Shown: positions 41,200 to 54,519 of the stretch, piece after piece
Position numbering within the stretch: position 1 is the stretch's first letter
How the letters are laid out: each line of letters opens with the position of its first letter
Assembly (NCBI RefSeq): GCF_009914755.1
Contig: NC_060929.1
DNA length: 64,000 nt
From: the human T2T-CHM13v2.0 reference genome, Homo sapiens
Direction: 5' to 3' (one strand)
The notes under the pieces: model-generated
Seen by the model: the letters and a program-made list of their open reading frames with translations, nothing else
What the model was told of the DNA's origin: nothing
The model's database searches: none
Translations under genes and position numbers: made by a program

Positions 41200-41960
41200 C
41201 AATAGCGTTTATTCAACAAGTATTTGTTGAATCGGACTCTGCCAGGCAAAGAGAGTGAAAAGACACTGTCCCTGCTCTCAAGGAACTTGTGATCTATTGC
41301 CAGGACAGACCTAGAAATAATTATAATACAATATGACAGTTTCTAGAATGGAAATAGCTATAAACCATAGATCTGTAATGAAAAATACACTTAAGTCTTG
41401 TGAGGAGATCTTGGAATAATGACACAGAAGAGAAATAGTATCCAGTATCAATCATAGTGCCAAGAAAGACTCTCAATAAATATTTGGAAAATCAGTGGAT
41501 GAGGGTAGCTCTAAAGAGTGAGAAGGAGTTTGCCAATTGGTCAGGTTTAAGGAGGGCATTCCCAGCAGGAAATCCCTATGCAAAGGCTCAGAGGTAGGAG
41601 AGGTGCAGGAAAAGATGATGGAGCATAAAGTTGGAAGTTGAGTCATAGATAAAATTGTCTTTGAAGGTGATGAACCAGATGATGAAGAGACTTCTTCCAT
41701 GAAAAGAAGTTAGATTTTATCTTGCAGATGCTAGAAAGCCATTCATTTAACTATAAAACTACTATTTTTCAAATTACACATATTGTGTGCCAGGGACCTA
41801 TGATCTGCATACAGAGTTAGTATATTCCCATTTTAGGGTTGGGAAACTAAGACTTAGATTAATTAACTTGCCCAGGTTTTCACTGCTACTAAGTGGAAGA
41901 ACTAGAATTCAAACGTGGTCAGTTGAGTCCATATCTCCAGTCTGCTTTTTAAACTATATT
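41200..41960 (-). mobile_element. L2 remnant followed by MIR
   Basis: attcaacaagtatttgttga, ccctgctctcaaggaactt, tgcaaaggctcagagg; MIR ttaattaacttgcccagg. Confidence 0.65.
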
Positions 41961-44900
41961 TTACAGACTATCCAACAAGGAAGAAGCTATATATTTTTAC
42001 TTTCTCTTCAGCCAGTCTGGCTTCTTTACTTCACATGATTCTCAACTGTAGCAAATTCAAAATTTTTATGTAAATTTAAGTTAAAAACTTACTCATGAGT
42101 AAGCTCTAGTCTTCTGAAAGTCCAAAATGGTATCACAGTAACTCACCACTTGCAGGCTACTTTTTATTCTGGGGCTGTCTTCTATCTTGTTTTTCAAATA
42201 ACTGTATTTTGGCTTGTTGAAATGCCTTTTTTTTTTTTTTGGTCACCATTGAATGTCATGGGCCAATCAGGCATAAGTTGTAAAGTTAATATTAGTGTAG
42301 TATGGAGTATCATCTAAGGGAGCGAAATTTGAAGTACTACTTCCTTTTTTTGAGACATTTAGAAAGCTGAGCCTTCAACATGCAAAAAGAATACTCCAGG
42401 TAATATTTAAATTTTATAAGAAAATCCAATATTGATCTTGATATTCTATTTAATTAATATAAATGTAGTTTACTATTTAAATAAATGATTTCTACCTCAT
42501 ATAATAATCCTGATGTGCTTGGTTAGCTTGAAGTACTTCAGATGTTATCTAATTAACCCTGCAATGTCTGGCTACCCCAGGGTATAAGATTCTTCCTTAT
42601 TTTAATGGCTTTTAAAATATGGTAAGTTTTGGAGATGGATGCCACTGAACTGTATACTTAAAATGATAAATGTTATGTATGTAGATTTTATCACACTTTT
42701 TAAAAAGATGTGATAGAAAAGTTCAAAGTGGCTTAAGATCTCTTATCAAGCAGTTATCTGAATCAAATATTCTTGAGAGCCCTTTGTTACAGATAATTTG
42801 AGTAAGGTGTGGGGAAACACCTATTCTGTCATCATAGGCTGATCAAATTAAATGTCCTTAATACTAAGCTGTTTGAAAAGAAAACCCTAGTTGACGACAG
42901 AAATAAAGAAGGAAGCATGCTATTGGCCTGATATTATGGTACAGCCATCCTCAGGATGGATGTGATAATGAAGATGCCTTTCAGACTTGACTGCTATTGG
43001 TCCCTTGCTTTAGTTTCTTGTTTAAAAGGGCAGCTAGGGGGTTGAGTGGGCTATCTGAATGTCACCTCAGCAGGTAGGGTATGCCTGGTAGCAGCTCCAA
43101 CTCTAATATTACTAAGGCTCAGACTTTAAGTTCCCCATCCCCACTGGTATCAGGGGAAATTAAATTGGCATTGTTTAGCTTCATGAAAATTAAAAGAATG
43201 TGCTGGTGGAGATAAAGGAAACATTCATATTGTTGGCGTGTGTGAATTGCGTAACTTTTTGGAAAGTAATTTGGTAATAACTGTTTAAAGTTTTTAAATT
43301 CACATACTTTTTGGCCTAATAACCCCACCAGGTTGCCACTATTATGTAGGGACATTGGTACAAGAATTTTTTTGCTGTGTTGTTGGTAGTGGCAAAAAAG
43401 TAGAAGCAATCTGGAAGCCAATCAGGAGATGGTTGAACAAATTATGCTCTATCCATTCTCAAGACCAATGTGCATCTATTAAAAGGTGAGTTAAATTGGT
43501 ATGTATTGGCCCGGAATTATGGCCATGTCATATTAATGTGTAAAAAACGTTGTAGAGTTAGTATTAGTGTAGTATGGAGGATGATCTTAAAAAAAGAGGA
43601 AAAATATATGTGAGATTAGAATGTAGAAAGATTCACATAAAACTGTTAAAACGGGTTCTCTAGGGAGCCTGGAGATAGGATTGAATTAACTTGTCTTATA
43701 CAACCATGTTGTTTGATTTATTATAATATTTGTAGTTTTTTAAAAGTTTCTGAAGTTAAGAGAGGGAAGGGGAGAAATCTATAGTGATAGAAATTATACT
43801 GGGGATTACTTTAGGAAGGGTTGATGGCTGGGATTGGACACAAAAGAAACCTCTTCATACTCAGCGATCTCTATCTTGAGCTGGGTGTTGGTTACACAGA
43901 TGGGTTCACTTTGTAAAAATCCATCTATGGATCATATGCTTATCATTTGTACAATGTTGTGTCTATATTGTATCAAATAAAAGTGTATAAAAATGACAGT
44001 GGTACAATGGAATACTATTCACTTTTTATTGAAATATTTTCAATAAATATTTAATGATATACGAAGTCAGGCAAGAAACAGGACAATCCCATTATTATAA
44101 AATATAATGTGCATAAAAACACATAGAATGAAGACTAGAATAAAAGCACTACAGTATTAATACATTTTATGTCCAGATGGTGGTGATTTTGTTTTGAGTT
44201 TTTTTTTGTTTAAGAACAGTTTATTAGATTGGGCCATTTACGAAGTCATTAGAACTTGGTGAGCAAAGTCAGATTACAGGCTATTAAGCAGAAAAATAAG
44301 AGTGAAAGAGAGAGGAAAAGGCATTTTTAAAAAGAAAGAAAAAGCTAACTAGAGAGGTGGAAAGGTAGTAGTTTTTTTAAGCCCCTACTAGCAAGGGACT
44401 TTTCATGTTAAAAATCCTCTCCTTTATCAAACTGTTTGGTTTTTACAAATAAGTCATGCTTGATACTTACATTTTGTTGTTTTTGTTTAAGCATTTAGTT
44501 TTAGTGAAAAATGTCATTAATAGCTTCAGTTGACTGTAGCAGATGCAACTCATAGTAGCTTTAAAAACCTATATTCGTGTCTCAGTCTTCACTGATTAAG
44601 TGTGGTTGTTTGCTCAGATCTTTTTTAGCTTTAGTTGCCACATGGAGGCAAATAATACCTCACTAGGTTGTAATGAAAATCAAATGAGAAAATGTAGTAT
44701 GTGAAAATACTTTAATGGAATTAAACACTACCCAGTTGTAAAATTACATCATTTTTATTGTGTTTCCTTCGACCCAAAGTCCTTACTTTTGGAATGTAGT
44801 TATTTCATAATGGAATTTATTTCCCTTAATAGGAGTTCAAAAGTTGAAGTTTATGCAGAAATGCAATTTTTTTTAAGTCAAGTTCTGCAAATGTTGCATA

Positions 44901-45199
44901 TAATGGTTTTCGAGGTCTGGGTTGCGACTGCATCAATATTTTAGACTTTTTAGTGCCTTATATATCAAATTGAAATGTAAACATTTTTATTGCTTCTAAT
45001 TATTGCTGAACTGTCAGGGAAATTAACAACCTTTTTACCCTATTTCAATCATTTTTCGTTAATTCACCATGTGTATGTAAAATAATATACCCAAAACAGA
45101 TCTCTTCAGGTGTTTCGCAGGGGTTTTGATAAGGACTTGACTTTTTATTAGCCCTTAAGTCAGTAGTAATCTGGACGGAATTAGAGATGGGTTGGGTTG

Positions 45200-46160
45200 G
45201 AGAAAACTGCGTGGCACTAGGACCCAGGGGGCTCCCGTGAGCGGATCTTGGGGCCAGATTGCAAATTCGCGGTGACTCAGTCTGGTCGGCTCCTTGCGCT
45301 CGGCGGCCGCGGCGGCAGCAGCAGCAGACGTTGGCGGCCGGGCTGCCAGGAGCAGTTCCGCCGGGTTTCACTGTCCGTGACTTCCTTCGGGGCACCTCAG
45401 GCAGGTCCGCGGCGTTTGGGGAGCGCTGGGGTTGTGGTGGCGGGGAGAACGGGTCAGCTGCGCGCGGGAAGCCTCTGGGCCTGTGCACCGGGAGTAACAG
45501 TTGCTCCGTCTCTTCCTGTGTCTGGCTTTATTTGCAGCAAACCAAGATGGAGTATGAGTGGAAACCTGACGAGCAAGGGCTTCAGCAAATCCTGCAGCTG
45601 TTGAAGGAGTCCCAGTCCCCAGACACCACCATCCAGAGAACCGTGCAACAAGTATCCTTTCCGAGGCCTGGCCGCCACCCGCGCAGCTCGCCCCGCGCTG
45701 CGGCCCAGCCCCCGGCGGCCGGGGGCTCCCGTCGCCTCCGCCTCTGCCCCTCCCCCATCCTCCGAGACCGGCCTCCTCCCTGGGTCCGCGCGCGGGGGAA
45801 GCCGCCGCTGCCCCTGCCGGGCGACTCGCGCACGCGGCCCTGGTGCCTGGGCCGGGGGCGCCGCCGCGTGGGGCTCACGCCGCCAAGGCCACCGGCTTCC
45901 GGCGCGCAGGAGGCGGGGGCCCCCGGCCGCCGCCCGGGATCGCGACATGTGCGCGGGCCGGGCCGCCACGTCCCCGCCCGCCGCTGACCTGCCGCGGGGG
46001 TAGGGAGCGGGCGGGCGGGAGCGGCCCGGGCCCACACAATGCGCCCCGTGGGTGGGGGTGGCAGGCCGAGCGGGAGGCCGGGTGGAGGGCGCTCTGTGCG
46101 CGGCGGAGCTCGCCGCCTGACTGGCCAGAAATGGGTGGAGCTGGCGCGGGGTTTGAACTG
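45200..46160. promoter_or_regulatory. CpG island, probable alternative (internal) TNPO1 promoter
   Basis: CpG-dense island spanning exon 2; AP-1 site TGACTCA 45273-45279; GGC/AGC triplets ~45301-45325; strong-context ATG at 45547. Confidence 0.85.
45538..45651 (+). CDS. TNPO1: Transportin-1 coding exon 2 ([38 protein letters not shown]); internal ATG at 45547 can start a shorter isoform
   Basis: Acceptor tttatttgcag; 114 nt; donor GTATCCTTT at 45652; peptide matches the transportin-1 N-terminal HEAT region. Confidence 0.97.
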
Positions 46161-48396
46161 CAGCTGTGTGGGTCTTGGGGGTTTTTCCACGTCCTTGCCC
46201 TAAAAAGGCTGGGGACCTACAGGTGGGGGAAAGGGGTCTCTGTGCCTCACCCTGGGGTTACTGGTGTTAACACCTGTTGCGAACTCCTTGTCACCCAAGT
46301 GAGATTTTCTTTTTAAAGCTTTGGCTCAAGGCTGACTGCACAATTATGTAGGTCTTTACCGAGTGTGCTGGTGTAGTGATCCTGTTGCTACGGTTTTAGA
46401 GACAGGAAAGGTTAAGAGAACCAAAACTCTACCACGTATGCTTTCTGTAGTGCCCTAAACCGTGCTCAAATGGAGAGCTCTTACTGGATGCAGTAAAGGA
46501 AACATTCACTCTATATCATGAATAACCTTTTAACCCCCGTTTTAAGCCTAAAGAAGTTAGTTAAGTCTACTATTTTTTGCAGAAAAGCCTCTTGATTTTT
46601 ATTGTCAAAAAGCAGCAAAATTACTTAATATGGAGTTTGGTAAGTAAGCTCTTCGTGTTTGAGTTTATTTACATTTAAAACATCTGTAAAGATGAAGTTA
46701 TTTACCCCGAGGGTTTCGCAGAAATACTGCATTGCCGTAATTTAAAACCTTCAATAGATGACAAAATTAGTACTTACCTTCTTGGTTAATGTAGTACTTC
46801 CCATTTAAAAGTGGAAGGGATAATGATTTAGATCTGCTTGGATTTTTTAAAGCCATTTTGTTTGGATACTTCTAGTACTGAGGAAAGAACACTTTTGGAA
46901 TGTATTGCCGTTTGTATCTTGTAAACAGTGCTATGGCTCAGTCTTAATTTGTGTTGTCATAGTTCTAGGGATGATAGAAGTTGATAGTTGATTAATTGCA
47001 GGTATTATATGATACAGTTACTAGTTTCTTAAATTAGCTAAGCCCAATCCTGCATTGTAGTTATTCTGTGGCACCATATATCATAATTTCTTGTTTTAGT
47101 CTACATTTATTAGGTACCTCATAAATGCTTAGTACCGTGCTTGGGCAAGTAGTCAATTTACAGTTTATTCTGTGTGCCTGGAACTTAGTATGTCCTCTGA
47201 GAAAGAACAACTTTCTGTTGCTGTGAGAGGAAAACTACTTTAGCTAAGAATACATACTGCTGTTTCAGAGTGCCTTATTTTGTTTCTCCTAAGAAGATAA
47301 TATATTTAATTATTATTTTGTATAGGCTTTTGAGTACTTTTTGAAAGACCGCTATAATAGGATAAAGAGATGTAGCTTAAGTTGTAAAAAGGTAAACTTT
47401 ATCAGGAAATAGTTTTGAAAAATTCATTGGCATATCAGCTTGTTGTTAATCTGGGCCATTCACTAAAACAAGAATTACTGTCTTGGTTGGAGAAAGTAGT
47501 TACACCTTGCAGTTTTACTAGAGACTATGTTGTTGGTTCGTTTACTTTCTGACCCATAAACATTGAGGGTATTCAAATATGTAATAAATAGCTAATAAAG
47601 TGTTACTGGAGTTTGATTCATGGATTTAATCAGAAATTTAGATTTGTTGGGTGACAAAACATTTTAATCTTTCTGTGTAGTAAAACACAATTGGGAAGCA
47701 TGTTAGTTAGGGGTTGGGAGTCAGGGCTTGAAGAAAGATGTAATAGAGCATTTTGTCACAGCTGCCTCCCGACAGCGATGAAATACCTGCAAATTGGTAT
47801 CACTAGAAATGTTGCATCTTGGGGCTGAGGGGAAGAATTGTACAGCTGTAGTGCAATAATCTCATAATGCTGACTTTATAATAAGATATATAGCCTTGTG
47901 CATAAATGGCACTTTATCTTTTTGGATTCTAAAGAACAAATGAGTCTGAGAAGTATCTTTTTTTTAAAAGTTATTCTATAAAGTTAATTTCTCTAAATGA
48001 TCTTCAACTCTGAAAGACTTGTTTTCATTTGGAATGCTTTTATTTTTGTCATTTTATGCTTAAATACCTTTCTATTTAGAATGGTTTAAAGTTGAAATCC
48101 AAGAATTTTTTTGAATATTTTTTGCTATATTGAGCATGCTGAAGCTGGAACTTTCTTATGTTGTATTGCATGTAATTGATACATTTCAGCCATAAAGCAC
48201 CTAAGAGGTTTAGCAAGCACTAGCGTGTTTTTGAAATAGATGTTGATAGATTTAGTAAGATATCCTTATTCTTAGTTTAAAAAAAAAACGCAGGACTGAA
48301 AATACCACCAAAGAGATCCTTGATTTTTAGATTTAAAATGCTTAATTTCTTCCTGAGATTACACAGAGAAGTTTCCTTAACTACTGTTTGTTCTAG
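45652..48396 (+). other. TNPO1: U12-type (minor spliceosome) GT-AG intron, TNPO1 intron 2
   Basis: 5' site GTATCCTTT matches the U11 consensus; branch point TTTCCTTAAC at 48372-48381 about 15 nt upstream of the exon; no long polypyrimidine tract. Confidence 0.95.
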
Positions 48397-48472
48397 AAAC
48401 TGGAACAACTTAATCAGTATCCAGACTTTAACAACTACTTGATTTTTGTTCTTACAAAATTAAAATCTGAAG
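48397..48472 (+). CDS. TNPO1: Transportin-1 coding exon 3 (KLEQLNQYPDFNNYLIFVLTKLKSE)
   Basis: U12 branch point TTTCCTTAAC then ttctag; 76 nt; donor GTAAGT at 48473; read by hand (not in ORF track). Confidence 0.96.
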
Positions 48473-48644
48473 GTAAGTAGGATTTGTATTGATAACTATT
48501 TAAAGTTTCTTTAAGACCTGTTTAAATGTACTGAGAATTATTCATTTCAAAGGATTTCATTTTGTAGTAACCTTGTGCTTTATAGATGTGGGATGAACAG
48601 TCTTAGTTAATACCACTCAGTATTTACATGTTTAATAAGAATTC

Positions 48645-48946
48645 CTTTTTTTTAATGTATATACAGACAGAGTCTCACTCTATCACCCAGGCTGGAGTGC
48701 AGTGGTGCGATCTTGGCTCACTACAATATCTGCCTCCCGGGTTCAAGCAATGCTCATGCCAAACCTCCCTAGTAGCCGGGATTACAGGCATGCGCCATCA
48801 CATCCAGCTAATTTTTTTGTATTTTTAGTAGAGACAGAGTTTTGCCTTGTTGGCCAGGCTAACCTTGAACTCCTGGCCTCTGGGGATTCGCCTGCCGCAG
48901 TCTCCCAAAGTGCTCGGATTGCAGGTGTGAGCCACTGTGCCCAGCC
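48645..48946 (-). mobile_element. Alu
   Basis: Antisense dimeric Alu ~170 nt downstream of exon 3. Confidence 0.92.
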
Positions 48947-50321
48947 AGCATTCATTTTTAATAGGGTGTTTGTATAATAAGTTACTTAATTCTTTGCAGA
49001 TGAAAAACTTGTTGCAAAGTCTACTTTAATGTTTTGCTTTCATGCATATAGATGGATATAACAAAGGTTGTAATACAAAGATTGAATGTAGGTTTTAATA
49101 ACTGAATATGTGTGTTTTTTGTAGAAAAAAATTGAAAGGTCATATAATCAAAATGAAAAATTATTTATCCCATCTTCCAGAGATGATTATTGTTGATCTC
49201 TTCAATTATATCCTTCTCTGCTCTTATATGGTCACATACTATTTTAAAATTATTTAGCAAAAAGTGGGATCATTCTATTGATAAGTAGACTTTTGTAACT
49301 TTTTAAAAAACTTCTAAAAGTCTACATGAAACTTTTTCATGACTCTTAATTTTAAATTTAAATGATTTCTATGACAGTTTAAAGCCTGAGTAGTCTGATT
49401 TTTAAATAACATGGTCATTTGATTATTTCTAATAATATGTAATGCATCCCACTAGACATTATTTCATAAATATTTATGGAGCGCCATCTCTGCCATGCAA
49501 TTTACAGGCTCAGGAGAGAAAAGTGAACAAAACAGACAAAAATCACTGCCCTCAAGGAGCTTACGTTGTAGTGAGAGTTGTTTCTCATAGCATTATTTGG
49601 GTATTCCCTCCCTGAAACATTGTGGACACATAGAAGTCAATTAAATATTTATTGCGCAACTGATTGGCCTCTAAATGAAAGCGCTGTACCCTATTCAGTG
49701 ATTAGTGTTTTAGAAGCCATGGTGCAATTAATAAAATCACTGCACTTGGAATTGGGAAATAACAAGGTTTAGACAACCAGACCATCTGTAAAGTTTCAGC
49801 TCCAAATTCTGACAGGTTAATGGTGTTATTGTGTAGTAAAAACTCACTGATTTGTATTCAGATTTTCATAATTCTTGCACGGTGATTTCTTTTGAATTAT
49901 TTTCAGTTGATTTTGTAGTTAATTTGGGGGATTTTAATTTGTGAATGAAGGACACAATAGAAAATTTAGAACTCTTAAGTCTAGGTTTTAAGAAACTAAG
50001 AATTATTTCAACAATTAATATTCCTAGTTTGATATTTGCGATACATTGCTTCTTAATATAGAAATTTTTCTGACAGTTTGTGATCAACCTGTTTGTTTCT
50101 TATACTAAGATATTTATAAATGGATTTTTTAAATCTAATTGTTTTATTTGAAATTTTTAAATTTATTTTCACTAAGCTGTCCACTCTCATGTTCTTATCC
50201 TACATTCCAAATATTAGGATTGTTACAATATTATACTCTTGAGTACAGCTTTCTTGGGATATAAGGATACTTCCTTCAGGCCAGGCAAGGTGGCTCTTTC
50301 TTGGGATATAAGGATACCTCA

Positions 50322-50566
50322 GGCCAGGCAAGGTGGCTCACGCCTGTAATCCCAGCACTTTGAGAGGCCAAAGCAGGAAGATTGCTTCAGGCAAGGAGTT
50401 CAAGATCAGCAACATAGTGAATGGTGAAACTCCATCTCTGTAAAAATTAGCTGGCATAGTGGCACACACCTGTGGTCCCGCTACTCAGGAGGCTGAGGTG
50501 GGAGGATCACCTGAGCTCAGGAGGTCAAGGCTACAGTGAGCTGTGATCGTGCCACTGCACTCCAGT
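50322..50566 (+). mobile_element. AluJ-like, 3' truncated
   Basis: Alu consensus ending at cactccag. Confidence 0.88.
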
Positions 50567-52149
50567 GTACTTAAGTGCTTCAGAAGTACTTAAAAAAACA
50601 CAAACACACAACTTGTTAAGTAGTGGCAAGAGGGTTTGGAAGTCATTGCTTCCACAAAGACATTAATTACAAAACCATAAAATGTTGGAAAGGATTTTAT
50701 TCAGATTTTCTTGACCCTAAAATGTGTTTCTTATGTTCATTATGCAGTTTCTCTGAGGATGCAGTAGTTTTACGTTGGTGTAACACTTGATATTTCTTCT
50801 TGTGTTTATGCATTTTTTTTTTTTTCCCTGGGAAGATTGGGACACAAGTTTGCTGCATGTAGTTTTCCATTTTAAAAAAATCTTTGCATCATGGCTGTTC
50901 ATATTAAAGCAGCAATACAAGTAACATCTTAAATGAAAATGCTTATGTAGTAATCTTATCACTGAATTGTAGAGTAAAATTTTTGATCTGTAAGAGATCT
51001 CAGATCAGCTGCTCTAATTATCTCACTTTACAAATGAACAAATTGAGGGTACACTGAAGTAGTCTTAATTTTTGTAAAACAAAGGAAATCGTTAGTCGTT
51101 GAATTTTTTAAATGGATTTTAAGAGAGTATATACTTTTAATATTGAATTGTTTCACCTCATGTTGTGGTTTATTAAAATTCTTCATCTTGTAACCTTTAT
51201 GGTAAAAACAATATACTATATTTCTCGTAAACAAAGTCATGCCATTTAAAATAATTATATGGCTGAATTATTAACAGGTAATTTAAGGCAAGTTTATTGC
51301 TTAAAGAAGTTAAATATCTGGCTTCATTTATTTCATGGCAGTTTTTAACTTTTAAGAGAATTTAAAGGTATTTTTGTTTGTTTTGTTTTGGTTTGAGACG
51401 GAGTCTCGCAATGGGTTGTAATTGAAAATGGAAAGTAGTTTTTAAATGATGACATACAAGGTTTTATAGTGCTGTGATGACCTGAATGAAGTTTGTGTGC
51501 AGAGAAACTGCTCTTTTTGCCTCTACATGTTGCTTCACTCTTGAAGATTTCAGTGCCATTCAGAGTTTGGGAACATCATACTAACTAGAACAAGCTTGGG
51601 ATATATTATTTTTTAATAAGACGGGTAAAACAATGGTTTTACAATAACATTCTGTTCAACATGCCAGCTCTTCATCTTATAGCCCTTTGAGTGGGGGTAA
51701 TACTGAAGAATGATTCAAAGTCCTTAGTTTCTTCACTTGTGCAATGGGGTGAATAATACCTGCCTCATGAAGTTGTAAGGATTAAGTGCAGTGCCACTTG
51801 GAAAGCACTTAGCAATGTTTAATAAATCATAAGCATTTCGAAGATGTTAACTATTGCTAATATTGTTGGTGTTGATGCCAACTGGTAAAGCCGTCAGTTA
51901 TGTTCTACTAGTATTAAGTAGCTTTTTGAAAATTTGTAAATACTATCTATGGATTAAACTTATTTTAAGAAAACTCTTTTTAAATGTTTTTGGAGGTATT
52001 TTTTTGCTTTTAAGTTCAGAGGCAAATGAAAAACATGATATAAATTAACAGCAATTATATTTGTTACATGAAGGTCTTATATATTCTTTGTCCACTTAAT
52101 TTTTCAATATTATATTTTTTTGACACTGGAGGAAAATGATTTCAAAAAA

Positions 52150-52427
52150 TTTTTTTTTTGTTTTTGAGACAGTCTCACTCTGTCGCCTGGGCTGGAGTGT
52201 AGTGGCATGATCTTGGCTTCTCTGCTTGCAGCCTCTGCCTTCTGAGTTCAAGTGATTCTCCTGCCTCCGCCTCCCAAGCAGCTTGGATTAAAGGCACACA
52301 CCACCATGCCTGGCTAATTTGGGGGTTTTTAGTAGATACGGGGTTTCACCATGTAGGCCGGTCTGGTCTCGAACTCCTGGCCTTCCAAAGTGCTGGGATT
52401 ACAGGCATGAACCACCACGCCCAGCCT
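52150..52427 (-). mobile_element. Alu
   Basis: Antisense Alu with an internal deletion in the left arm. Confidence 0.9.
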
Positions 52428-52566
52428 TAAAAAAAAAAACCAGCAACAAAATTTTAATAGGATATGTTTAAGACTAGTACTTCCAGCTCTATAATGATGT
52501 GTATATCAGGAAACAATAAAGCTTGAGCACAGTGGCCATATATATAAACGAAATTAACTCTTAAAT

Positions 52567-52760
52567 CAGTGGTTCTCAACCACTGGCAATTTTAACCCCC
52601 AGAAAACATTTGACATTATCTGGAAACATTTTTGGTTAACACAACTTGGAGGGGTGCTGCTGGCATCTGTGGCTGATGATGCTACTTAACATCTTAAAAT
52701 GCACAGGACAGCACCCTCCAACAAATAATTGTCAGTATGTCAAGGTTGAAAAACCCTGAG
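52567..52760 (+). mobile_element. MER20-like hAT element
   Basis: cagtggttctcaacc...tctggaaacatttttggtt...aaggttgaaaaaccctg. Confidence 0.75.
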
Positions 52761-52928
52761 CTATAAATGATAGAGCTAATCTTTTGTTAATCAGTTATAA
52801 TTATTTTAACTGGTTATAGCAAGTTTGAATGTCAATCAACTTTTGAATATAAATGTTTTTAAAACTTATCGGCACATTTTGAAATTAAGACTACTTCAAA
52901 ACTCATTACTATTACTATTTTATTACAG

Positions 52929-53078
52929 ATGAACCCACAAGATCATTGAGTGGTCTTATCTTGAAGAATAATGTGAAAGCACACTTTCAGAACTTCCCAA
53001 ATGGTGTAACAGACTTTATTAAAAGTGAATGTTTAAATAATATTGGTGACTCCTCTCCTCTGATTAGAGCCACTGTTG
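52929..53078 (+). CDS. TNPO1: Transportin-1 coding exon 4 ([50 protein letters not shown])
   Basis: Acceptor ttttattacag; 150 nt; donor GTAAGT at 53079; phase 1 on both sides, compatible with neighbours. Confidence 0.97.
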
Positions 53079-53305
53079 GTAAGTTATATTACAACAGTTT
53101 TGCTTACTTTGTTTGTAACTGGGTCATTTTTAGAGATGACAGATTATTTCCTTAGGAATTTTTGTCTGTTTCATGTTAAATTGTGATGGGGAAACTTTCA
53201 TTGCCTTTAAATGCTTTTGAAATGGTGTAATCATGGTAAAAGCGCTCTCATCCAGTGAAACTAGTGACCCTGGATAAGAGGAGAGCCTGATCAAACTTAG
53301 CCTAA

Positions 53306-53688
<383 letters not shown>

Positions 53689-54193
53689 GGAGTTCCTATT
53701 TTCTGCCTAGCATGATGCATAATTTCTTGTTTCACTTTTACATGTGAAGAAATACTTTTTAATTGCTTATGAAAAACCTAAGTGTATATAGGATTCTAGA
53801 TTTTTACTATTTTCTCCCTTGTTTTTAAATATAAGCCTTGTCAGTAATTCAGCAGCAACTTTTTAGTCTTTTCAGAGCGTTCAGCTTATTTTCAGGGGCA
53901 GTACAACTTTCTGTTAGCTTATGTAATACTGAATTAACATGCTTAATTATAGTAACTCGTATAAATCTATTTGGAAACACACACAACTGGCTATTGGTTA
54001 ACACAATTTGCCAACCAATGGAAGCAGTAATAAATAGCCATACTGAAGAGGAGCGTACTAATGGGCAGCCTTTAGTATACCATGGGCTTAAGCAGCTAAC
54101 TTCTACAAGGACCTGGAAAGCTTCTGTTAATCTACCCAGGCTGGTTAAATGAAAGTCCGTTAAATGAGTCAGATGCTTTCATTAAGAGTTCCT

Positions 54194-54519
<326 letters not shown>

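Noticed and set aside
45531-45546. NAGNAG tandem acceptor at exon 2
   Set aside because: Sequence is CAG-CAA, not CAG-NAG.
45259-46316. Long 150-240 aa ORFs over the second CpG island
   Set aside because: GC-rich artefact; only 45538-45651 matches transportin-1.
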